Positions 27,412 to 38,299 of a stretch of DNA of 64,000 bases are shown here, piece after piece. The stretch spans positions 6,016,001 to 6,080,000 of the forward strand of contig NC_045696.1 of assembly GCF_009834535.1 (NCBI RefSeq), read 5' to 3'. How positions within the stretch are numbered: position 1 is the first letter of the stretch; each line of letters opens with the position of its first letter. The translations under genes and the position numbers were made by a program. The notes under the pieces were generated by a model, which searched no databases, was not told the DNA's origin, and was given only the letters and a program-made list of their open reading frames with translations. The DNA comes from Camelus ferus. Its lineage: Eukaryota.

Positions 27412-29604
27412 AAAGAGAAAAATCAAAATTACTTTCAAAAGAGAGCACACGTGCGGATGTTGTGCTGTGGTTGTGAGCGTCTGGACCGGCTGCTGTGAGC
27501 TGAGTCACACCTGCAGGTGACCGCAGGTCCCTGCTCCCTCACCGCGGTGCCCTCCTCCTTCCTGGGGGGCCTGATGGCCCAGGCCCCCCCCCCCCGACAC
27601 TGCCAGTCCCCTGGGGGCTGCGGGCGGAGCAGCAGGAGCACCAGGGCCCCTGGGGGGAGGCTGGACGTTGGATTCGACCTGCGCCAGCATCTGCCGGGTG
27701 CGGTCACTCTCCTGTCGCAGCTCCTGGAGCTTTCTCTTGGTGGCCACCGCCGCCAGCCAGCCTTCCCCAGCTCTTTTCTCTTGGAAGTGGATCTTCTTGA
27801 GGTGGTAGGAGGTGGTTCTCTCCAATTCCTCGCCTGCGTCTTGGGCCATCTTCTTGCAGAGGTTGTGCATCTGACGTGTGGAGTCCAGGTCTCTACACAC
27901 GTGGGTGAGTTGCTTCTCAACTTGTAAGCAGCGAGCTTCCACCTGGGACAACTCTCTGTGAAGCTGCGTCACACAGTCGTCATAGGCGTCAGGCAGACTT
28001 TGAAGCTTCAGCTTCAGCTGCTCAATCTCACCATCGAGCCGGGAATTCTCACCCTTCACAGAGGCTTCTTCTGTTTGGAGACTTGTAACTTGTGCTGTAA
28101 GCTCTTGGATCATCTGCTTTTCTTCCCGCAGGCGCCTGGCTGTCCCCTGATGTTCCTCTTGGGGACGGGGAAGGGGCACACTGCGGCCAGCATCACCAGT
28201 GACACCCTTCAGATCGCCCTCCGCCCCGTGGACAGGGCGATGGCCATCTTCTGCCCCCTCCTTCTGCTGGATGTCTGCGCGCCCGCCACCCGCGGGGCCC
28301 CCACGGAGGCGGGGCGAGGGGCTGGCCTTCAGCAGGTGGTCCGCGACGGATCTGAGTCGGCTGATTCTGTCTTGCAGGACCTGCGCCTTTCCTGCCTTCG
28401 GCCGCTCCAGCCTCCCTCCCAGCTCCTCCTTTCCCTGGACTTGTCGCTCCCTTCTTCCAATTTCTGGGTGAAACCGCTCTGGACTTTCTGAAAAACCAAC
28501 CCTTTTATTCAGATCATTCTTTTCTTTCTTCTGAGCTCGTTCTCCATTCTCCTCTGATGGCTTTAAGGTGTGTTTTCCGTCAGCGACTCGGGAGAGTTGA
28601 GGAGGCTGGCTCTTCAGTGCCTTTTCTATAAAGGCAACATTGCCCTCAAACAATGTCCTTCTCAGGTTTTCTTTCAAGGCCCAAAAGCATAAGACTTTTA
28701 ACAAGGGAGGACTGGCCTCCGGCCCAGGTGGCTTGAGGGCTTCGTGGGCCTGAGTCGTCGGGCCCGTAGCCTCTTCACATTTTCCACAGACTTCGTCTCG
28801 GGCTGAAGACGTTTTTCCAAGCGACCTCCCCCTTCTTAAAGCGTACCGTCCACTTCCTGCCAGGACCAGCACCCCAGCACACACCAGGCTCTCCCAGCGA
28901 AGCACAGGCAGACCCGGGACGTGTGTCAGGCTTTCGTAAACAAGCAGCAGAGCGCCCCACAGGGGCTCCAGGATCAGCTGGAAAGTGGCCCCGCGGGCAG
29001 CCCGCAGGACCTCCATGGCGGCGAGGCCTCCGCAGCTCTGCCTCTGAGGACCAGCGTCCTGTGGGCCCAACTGCCCGCTCAGAACCCTGCGGTGTTCCGT
29101 CTCCAAGGTAAGCAAGCGCCTGCCCGCCAGGGCGGGCAGCTGGGCCGGGGGAGGGGAGGCCAGCCAGGTCCTGGTCCGCAGTTGTCCCTAACGTCGCTGG
29201 CAGTGGAAAGCGACCTCACTTACCCAGGCCCTGGGGGAGGGGGAGGGCTGAGCACAGCCTGGAGCTGGGCCACTCGAGGCCCGCCTGGCCCCACAGCAGA
29301 CCTAGGGGGTCAAAGCAGGGCCAGGCCGGTCCCGTTCTGTGCCTAAGAGGAGGTCAGGGCAGAGTGGTGGGGCCCTGTCCTGGTGAGAGCCAGGCTCCTG
29401 AGTTAAGGGTTCCCTCTGCTGCAGAGACAGCTGGTCCTGCCCCAGAGGTCCTGGGGATCCTCCTCCTCTGAGGCTCCTGCTCCTCTTACGCGTGGTCACT
29501 GTGGGAAGACAGGGGTCTGGACTGAAGGGTGACCCCAAACGTGTAACTGGGACCAGGAATCCATCCTCACAACTCAGGAGACTACACTGGAACTGGCTGG
29601 GTCT
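27412..29604. repeat. Direct duplication, high-identity core, copy A (~2.19 kb)
   Basis: Matches 47889-50082 at offset 20477/20478, about 30 differences counted by eye. Confidence 0.95.
27505..29016 (-). CDS. cTAGE5/MIA2-family (CTAGE-like) intronless retrogene, copy A, intact 503 aa
   Basis: ATG in gccgccATGG at 29016; open to TGA at 27505. ELTAQVTSLQTEEASVKGENSRL...QLHREL...GEELERTTSYH...EKRAGEGWLAA...LRQESDRTRQML aligns from memory with cTAGE5 [23 protein letters not shown]...KLHRKL...EEELERTIHSY...EKKAHDNWLAA...LRKENAHNRQKL; N-terminal WESLVCAGVLVL resembles the cTAGE5 TM WELVICAAVVGF. Confidence 0.82.
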   Translation of the reverse strand: MEVLRAARGATFQLILEPLWGALLLVYESLTHVPGLPVLRWESLVCAGVLVLAGSGRYALRRGRSLGKTSSARDEVCGKCEEATGPTTQAHEALKPPGPEASPPLLKVLCFWALKENLRRTLFEGNVAFIEKALKSQPPQLSRVADGKHTLKPSEENGERAQKKEKNDLNKRVGFSESPERFHPEIGRRERQVQGKEELGGRLERPKAGKAQVLQDRISRLRSVADHLLKASPSPRLRGGPAGGGRADIQQKEGAEDGHRPVHGAEGDLKGVTGDAGRSVPLPRPQEEHQGTARRLREEKQMIQELTAQVTSLQTEEASVKGENSRLDGEIEQLKLKLQSLPDAYDDCVTQLHRELSQVEARCLQVEKQLTHVCRDLDSTRQMHNLCKKMAQDAGEELERTTSYHLKKIHFQEKRAGEGWLAAVATKRKLQELRQESDRTRQMLAQVESNVQPPPRGPGAPAAPPAAPRGLAVSGGGGLGHQAPQEGGGHRGEGAGTCGHLQV

Positions 29605-31469
29605 CATAATTTCGTGGATTCTGTGCAGCCAGCATGTCCCTGTTTAATCCAAGTTTTCCTAGAAGGGGTGACTCTGACAAGGGCTGTGACAGTGTCCCAG
29701 GTTCCTTATGTCCTGTGGCCCTGGCGTATTTGGCTCATGCTTCCCAGTGAGTCTCTAATCCATTCGGTTATCTTCCCACATGGACCTCTGGGGAAGGAGA
29801 GGTCCTTCTTTCTGCTTTATTTGGGCCCATTTATTTCATTAAATCACATCTTGCTCTGCTGACATCTCTCAGGCCACCTGTAGGCTCAGAACTTCCTCGT
29901 CTATCCCCTGGGACTCTGCCGTGACAGGCTGGTCCCCATTCCCTTAGCAAAGAGGGAAATGACAGAATCCTCTGAGGCCAGTCTGAGGGCTCTGACTCAT
30001 AACAGGGCGCAAGAGCCCCGGGGGACAGCGGTGAAGTTGGGCCTCGGGCCCCTCCCCGGGGAAGTCAGAGCCCTTTCACGGCACCAGAGCCAGCCCTGCA
30101 GCTGCAAGTGATGGTTGGTTTTTAAAAAGGGCCTGAAATGGGATCACACATGATCGCATCATGATATTCTCTCCAGCACCAAGCCGGCCCTAACAAGAGA
30201 GAAGCGGAGTTAAAATACTGCCCCAGAAAGAAGTACAGGATATGTCAAAGCTTCAGAGAAACTGGGGTCAGTGGAGGAGGGGGCAGGGCAGCGGCAGTTG
30301 CCTTTGTGATCAGCCTTGTGTGAGTGCTGGAAAATTTAAACTCCATGCATCTAATGCAGCAATAAAGAGTAAAAGTCACTGTCTGGCTCAATCCACAGCT
30401 AATAAATCAAAATCTAGGTGGATCCCTGGACCTAGTATTTTAGTATATTTGTCCTTGTGTCCCCAAGGTGATTGGATACAGAGCCAGGGTGGGGACCACT
30501 GGGTCCTCACAACCATGATGTCACCACGATTTCTTCTACTCCAGGGGTATATCTCTGAGTTATCTCCCCACCAGGGTGTGAGGGGACAGGAGGCAGACCA
30601 TGCTGGTCTTCTGCGTCTTGTCCACATCGGTTTTGTACATTGTCAAGGCCTGTCCCAAGGCCACCTTCACTAAATGCTCGCACAGTGGACGTGTGAACAC
30701 TGGACACGTGACAAAGGGTAGGAGTCTGTGAATTTCCTCGCTGCTCTTCACCAGACACAAGGCTTCCCCCTGCCCTCCGATACTGGCTTGGTCCTGATGA
30801 ATTCTTTTCCCACGTCTGCAAAGGGGAAGAAAATGAGGAACTGTTGGAAGTCTGTCTAAGCCTTAATGGCTTAATTGAAAACAATCTTATTTTGATATAA
30901 CTTCCCTAAACATAGGAATTTCAGTTATAAGAACAAATCCCAAGAACAATCAATGTTTGGACCAAATATGCTTTACATATGCTACAAATATTTATTCTAT
31001 GGTTACTTGTGATAGCAGAAACCTGGAAACAGCACCTACATCCAAACGTCCAAACACAAAGGGAAGCTTCAGTAACTCAGAGGTAGATTCAGGGTGATGA
31101 TGTGTGAGCATGGAGGGTAGAGGAGAGGATTTGGGGAGGGGGGATATGATTAGATACAGCTTATTTTCTGTGAATTTTTGTTTTGAGCAGTAGATTAAAA
31201 GGTGTTTATTACATTACTAAAAATACATACGTACGTACATGAGACATACCTGCCATGCATGGACCAGTGATAAAATTATGCCATGAACTAAAGAATGTAA
31301 TTTATCTAATTCAGAGGACTGGACAAACAAGCAAAAGAAATAGATTGCTGGATAGATAGGTAAGAGAAGGATAGAGAGATGTGACTATCAATACACAAAC
31401 TCATATACACATATAAGTGTATATGTGTTTATATACACAGATTTTATCATATAGCATGGGAAAATAAAA

Positions 31470-34400
31470 ATTTTTAAAATACCTTTTCCAATATCATCCA
31501 AAAACATGAAAAACATAGAAATAACTTAACAGAAGGTATGTATGACCTCTACTGTGAAAATTGTAAAGTGATACTGAGAGATATAAAAGAAAACCTGCAT
31601 AAGCAGAAATAGACACAGCGTTTAAGGTTTAGTGGACAACACTTTATGATGTCAGTTCTCTCTAAATTCACCCATAGCTGCAACGCAATCCCAACCTAAA
31701 CCCAAGCAGGTTTTTAAAAATTAAAGTTGACAAGCTGAGCCTAAAATTTATACAGAAATTCAAAGACCTAAAATAGCCAACACAATCTTTAAGTAAAAAA
31801 ACAAATTTGGAGGAATTAACACATTTTAAACTGACTTCAAGATTTAATACAAAGCTACCATTTTACATCAGCACCGTCCTAGTTAAAGAATAGATAAAAA
31901 TAAGTCAATGGAACCAAATAGAGGTTCCAGAAATAAATCAAACATATATGGTATAATAATTTTTTCAACAGAGATGTCAAAGTAATTCAAAGGAAAAAAC
32001 AACTTTTTTTCCAAAAAAAGTAGAGACAAGTGGATGTAAAGGAATACAGACCTCAACCCCCACTTCACATCATACACGGAAGTTACTCCAGGAGAGAACT
32101 GGACCTAATCATAACAACTAAAGCTGTAAAGCTTCTAGAAGAAAACCTAGGAGAGTAACTGACTTCTTGACTTTGGGGGTGGACATAACTTTACTAGAGA
32201 AAGCAAGCATCTGCAGAAACCACTCAATGTTAAAAAAAAAAAAAATTCCCTGTGATAAACTGAATGTCATCGAAATGAAAACTTCTGCTCATCCAATAGA
32301 CATTATTAATACACTAAACAGAAAATCCACAGACCAGGAAAAGATAGTCCTAGAAGTCTGTTGAGGGACTTCTGCCAACAATGATTTTTTAAAATTACTG
32401 CAGCTCAATAATAAAAATGCAAACAACTCAATTTAAAAGTGGGCAAAAGTCAGAATACCAATGGCACTTTTCATAGAAGTAGAACAAGTAATTCTAAAAT
32501 TTGTATGGAATCACAAAAGACCTCAAATAGTCAAAGTCATTGGGAGAAAGAAGAGTAATGCTGTTGGTATCAGGGTTCCTGATTTTTCACTATACTGCAC
32601 TGCAGGTCTGCAGCGGACAAAACAGACCAGCACTGGTACAAAGACACGGAGGTCAATGGAACAGAACACAGAAATAAACCCATGCTTATATGGCCAGTTA
32701 ATCTATAACAAAGGCAGTGAGAGAATAGAATGGAGAAACTAGAGCATCTTCAATAAACGGTATTGAGAAAACTGGACAGCTGCCTGCAAAAGAATGAAAC
32801 TGAACCACCATCTTACACCATGTACAAAAATAAACTCAAATGGTTTAAAGACTTAATAAGACCCCAAACCATAAAACTCCTAGGAGAAAACATAGGCAGT
32901 AAACTCTTTGAACTTGGTCTTAGTAATATTTTTTGGATCTGTCTCCTCAGGCAAGGTCAACAAAAGCCAAAAAAAAAAAAAAAAATCAAAAACAAAAACA
33001 GAAAAACGAGCAAAGAAACCTCCAAGAAACAAATGGAACTACGTCAAACTAAAAAGATTTTGCACAGTGTAGGAAATCATCAACAAAACAAAAAAGCAAC
33101 CCAATGAATGGGAGAAGATATTTGCAAACGATATACCCAAAAGGAGCCAATATTCATAATTATCAGAGACTGCAAAGCTACAGTGAGATATCACCTCACA
33201 CCTGTCAGAACAGCTATCATCAAAAAGAACACAAATCACAAGTGTTAGTTAAGGATGTGGAGAAAGGGGAACCCTTGTGCACTGCTAGTGGGAATGGAAA
33301 TTGATGCAGCCACTATGGAAAATGGTGTGGAGGTTACTCAAAAAATTAAAAATAGATCTAGGATAGGATTTAGCAATTCCACTTCTGGGTATTTACCTAA
33401 AGAAAACAAAAACACTAATTCAAAATATAAATGCACCCTTATGTTCACTGCAGATAATTTAAAATAGCCAAGATATGGAAGCAACCTAAGTGCCCATCAA
33501 TAGATGAAAGAATAAAGAAGATGTGGTATATATACATACAAGGAAATATGGCTCAGTTATAAAAGAGAATGACATCTTGCCATCTGCGACAACACAGATG
33601 GAGCTAGAGAATATTATGCTAAGTGAAGTCAGACAAAGACAAATACTATGTGATTTCACTTAGATGCAAAAATTTAAAAGAAAGAAAGAAAGAAACAGAA
33701 AGAGATTTATAGATACAGAGAAAAAAACTGGTGGCCACCACAGGGGAGGGGGTGGTCAGGGATTGGGCAAAATAGGTGAAGGGGATTAAGAAGTAAAACT
33801 TCCAGTTATAAAATAAGTAAATCATGGGAATGTAATATACAACATGAAAGATGGCCAACATAAGGAATATAGTAATACATTTGTATGATGACAGATTGTT
33901 ACTAGACTTATCATGGTGATCATTTTATAACGTATTTAAATGTTGAATCACCTGTTGTACATTTGAAACTAACGTAATATTGTATGTCAACTAGATTTCA
34001 ACAACAAAATAAGTAATTAATTAAAATGGGCAAAAGACATGAAGAGACACAATGCCAGACAAGATATACGGCCAGTATGGATGTGAGAAGACTTTCGACA
34101 CCATTACTCATCAAGGAAAGGCAGATAAAAAACCCCTCTGATATACTACTATACCCCTGTTAGAATAGCTGAAGTGAAAAAACATTGGCCAGATGAAGAA
34201 TTGCAGAGTATGTGGAGCGGCCAGAACATTCACTCATTTCTGTTGGGAGTGTAAAATGATACAGCCACTTTGGAAAACTGATTGGAAGTTTCCTAAAACC
34301 ACAAACATACATCAACCCTATGATGTTCAAGTCAATAACCAGAAACATGAAAACACAAGTTCACGAAGAGCCCTGCAAAAAAAATGTTGATAGCATCGTT

Positions 34401-34720
34401 ATTCATATTAGCTCCAAACCAAAAACAGCCTCCATGCTTATGTACTTGGGATGGATAACCAAATTATAGTATATCCAGACAGTGGTCAACAACAACAAAA
34501 AATGGGCCAGATCTCTGAAACACATGACATCGTGGATGAATTGCAAAAGCATCGATCTGAGTGAGAGAAGCAGACACAGGAAGAGAGCATAGTGTATGCA
34601 GACATTTATGAAGGTCTAGATCAGGCAAAACTAATTTGTAGCAACAGAAATGAGAACAGGGGTTATTTCTAGGATAGTGAAAATTGATCTGAAAGGGGAC
34701 AGAGGAACTTTCTGGATTAT
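31470..34720 (+). mobile_element. Old L1 ORF2/3' region interrupted by a younger L1 3' segment (about 32450-34020)
   Basis: L1 ORF2-like translations (ILKFVWNHKRPQIVK); imperfect TSD aaaa(g)tgggcaaaag at about 32435 and 34023. Confidence 0.8.
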
Positions 34721-35974
34721 GAGAACATTTTAAAATGACATTTATTGTTTTCTTTCTAGTTTTACAAGCAATACCTGCTCACTGCCGACAACTAGAAATA
34801 CATAAAAGCGTAAAGTAAAAAATTAACAATCACCTATATCCCCCACCCTTATCATTATCATTTCCTCCCAGTATCTGCATATTTCTTGTTTTTTCCTTCC
34901 AGCTTTACTGAGATGTAATTGGCATACAATATTGTGTAAGTTTAAGGTACACACCATAATGATTTGACTTATATACGTCATGAGATGATTATCACAGTTA
35001 GTTCAGTGAACATCCATCATCTCAGACAGACACAAAATTTAAGAAATAGAAATTTTTTTTTTCCTTGTGATGAGAACCCTTAGGATTTAGTCTCTTAACA
35101 GTTTTCACGTCTATCCTACAGAAGCATTCACTGTGTTTATCTTTTTAGACAACACATCTCTAATACTGCTCGATCTTACAACTGGAAGTTTGTACCTTTT
35201 GACTGCCTTCATCCAGTTCCCCTTCCCCCCACACCCCTGATAACCACAAATCTGATCTCATTTTCCGTGGCGTTTTTTTTTGTTTGTTTTAGAAGTATCA
35301 TTGACCTACAATGCTACGCTAGTTCCTGTTACACAACATAGTGATTCAAGATTTCTGTACATTTCAACATAATCGCCACGATAAGTTTAATTATCGTCTG
35401 TCACCAAATACATTACATAATTATTGACTATATTCCCCACACTGTACATTTCATACCTGTGACTCAATTATTTTGCAACTGGAATTTTGTACCTCTTAAT
35501 CTCCCTTAGCTGTTTCTCTCCTTTCCTCACCCTCCCCCGCTCTGATAACCTTCTGTTTGTACTCTATCTACAACTCTGTTTCTGCTTTGTTATTTTGTTT
35601 GTTGTTATTTGGATTCCATATATAAATAAATTCATACGGTATTTGTCCTTCTCGCTCTGACTTATTTCATTTAGCATAATATCCTCTAGATGTATCCGTA
35701 TTGTTGCAAATGGCAAGGTTTTCATTATTTTTTATGGCTGAGTTATATTCTGTTGTATATATGTGTGTGTGTAAATATACATATACATGTATCTCACATC
35801 TTCTTTATTTCCTCTTTTGATAGGCACTTTGGTTGCTTCCATATCTTGGCTATTGTAAATAATGCTGCAATGAACATAGGGGAGCATTCATTTTTTTTTT
35901 AATTAGTGTTTTTGTTTTCTTCAGATAAATACTGAGGAGTGGAATTACTGGATAATATGGTAGTTCTATTTTTT

Positions 35975-36317
35975 TAATTTTTTAAATTGAAGTATAGTCA
36001 GTTTGCAATGTTGTGTCAATTTCTGGTGTACAGCACAATGCTTCAGTCATACATGGCTATACATATATTCAATTTCATATTCTTTTTCACTGTAAGCTAC
36101 TATAAGATATTGACTATGGTTCCCTGTGCTATCACTCATATGTGGAATCTAAAAAATAAAAAGACAAATGAACTTATTTATAAAACAGAAACAGACTCAC
36201 AGACATAGAAAACAAATTTATGGTTAATGGGGGGAAGGGGGTGGGAAGGGACAAATTGGGAGTTTGAGATTTGCAGATACTGACTGGTATATATAAAATA
36301 GATAAACAAGTTTACAC
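35975..36317. mobile_element. 5'-inverted (twin-primed) L1 3' end insertion
   Basis: Minus-orientation tail to 36132, then the adjacent L1 segment in plus orientation; flanked by tctattttt duplication. Confidence 0.8.
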
Positions 36318-38118
36318 TCTATTTTTAATTTTTTGAGGAATCTCCACACCATTTTTCATAGTGAACCATTTTGCATTGCCGCCAACAGTGCGCAAGGGTT
36401 CCCTCTGCTCCACATCCTCACCGGCACTTGTGATTTGTTGTCTTTTTGATGACAGCCATTCTGACAGGTGTAAGCTGATATCTCACTGTGGTTTTGACTT
36501 GCATTTCCCTGATGATTAGTGATATTGAGCATCTTTTCATGTGCCTGTTGGCCATTTGTATGTCTTCTTTGCAAAATACATAATTACCTTCTCTGTCCAT
36601 TGTTTAATTAGATTTTTATATTGAATTCTATAAGTTCTTTATATATTTTGTGTATTAACCCCTTAGCGGACATATTTACAAATATCTTCTCCCATTAAAT
36701 AGGTTGCCTTTTTGTTTTGTTGATGGTTTCCTTTCCTGAGCAAAAACTTTTTAATTTGATTTGGTCCCATTCGTTTATTTTTCCCTTTGTTGCCCCTGAC
36801 TGAGGAGACAGATCCAAAAAAATACTGCTGAGATCAATGTTTTCTATGTAGAGTTTTACGGCATCAAGCCTGACATTTAAGTCTTTAATCCATTTTGATC
36901 TTATTTTTGTGTCTGGTGTGAGAGATGATCTAATTTTTTTCTTCCACGTGTGGCTGTCCAGTTTTCCCAACACCGCTTATTAAAAGAGACTGTCTTTTCT
37001 ACATTGTATATTCTCGCATCTTTCGTCACGGATTAATTGACCAAATGTGTGTTGGTTTTTTGCTGGGCTTCCTGTTCTGTTCCATTGATCTACGCGTCTG
37101 TTTTGTTTTGTTTTTTTGCCAGGACCATAGTGTTTTTATTTGTAGTACAGTTTGAAATCTGGAAGCACCATACCACCAACTTTGTTTTTTGTTTTGTTTT
37201 TGTTTCTTTCTAAAGATCTCTTTGGCTATTCAGAGTCACTTACGATTTCATACAAATTTTAAGATGATTTGTTTTAGTTCCATGAAAAATGCCGCTGGTA
37301 TTTTGATAGGGATTGCATTGAATCTGTAGATTGCTTTAGGTATTATGGACATTTAACCACGTTAATTCTTCTGATCCGTGAACATGGGATATCTTTCCAT
37401 TTATTTATGTTGTCTTCAATTTTTTTCTTCTATGTTTCATAGTTCACAAGGTACAAGTTTTTCACCTCCTTGGTTAATTTATTCCTAGGTATTTTATTCT
37501 CTTTGATTCAGTTGTAAGTGAGATTGTGTTCTTGATTTCTCTTTCTAATAGTTCATTACAAGTGTTTAGAAATGCAAGAAAGTTCTGTATAGTAATTTCA
37601 TGTATTGCAACTTCACTGAATTCCTTTCTTAGTTCTAATAGTCTTCTGGTTGCATCTTTCGAGGTTTCTACATATAGTATCATGTCATCTGAAAATAGTG
37701 ACAGACGTGACTCCGTGACTCCCTTTCCAATTCAGACAACATATCTCTTTTTCTTGTCTGATCACTGTGGCTAGGACTTCCAATACTATGTTAAATAGAA
37801 GCGCTGAGAGTGAGCATCCTTGTATTGTCCCTGACCTCACAGGAAAAGTTTTTAGCTTTTCACCATTGAGTATGATCTTAGCTGTTTCATCATAAATGGC
37901 CTTTGTTATGTTGAGGATTTGATAATCAAGGTATGCTGTCTTCACAGAATGAGTTTGCAAGTATTTCCTCCTCTTCAATTTTTTGGATTAGTTTGAGAAG
38001 AAAAGACATTAATTCTCCTTTAAATGTTTGTTAGAATTCCCCTGTGAAGCTGTCTGGTCTTGGACTTTTGTTTGTTGGTTTTTTTTTTTTTTTTTTTTTT
38101 TTTTACTGATTCAATTTC

Positions 38119-38299
38119 TTCTTTCTTTCTTTTTTTTAATCTTTATTTTATTTTAAATTTATTTATTAATTTTTTATTTTGGGGGGATGTAATTAGTTTT
38201 ATTTATTTATTTATTTTTAGAGGGGGTCCTGGGGATTGAACCCAGGACCTTGTGTGTGCTAAGCATGCACTCTACCCCTTGAGCTATACCCTCCCCCCT
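38119..38299 (-). mobile_element. Vic-1-like SINE nested in L1, 12-bp TSD
   Basis: Same head on the minus strand; TSD tgattcaatttc at 38107-38118 and 38300-38311. Confidence 0.9.

Noticed and set aside
29017..29115. N-terminal extension of the 536-aa ORF call
   Set aside because: Starts at TTG; the ATG at 29016 has a perfect Kozak and matches where parental homology begins.
27517..29346. Plus-strand ORFs overlapping the retrogene (and equivalents at 48-50 kb)
   Set aside because: Antisense shadows of a GC-rich CDS with no independent evidence.
30242..30884. Cluster of 66-143 aa ORFs
   Set aside because: No recognisable homology; partly L2-like sequence.
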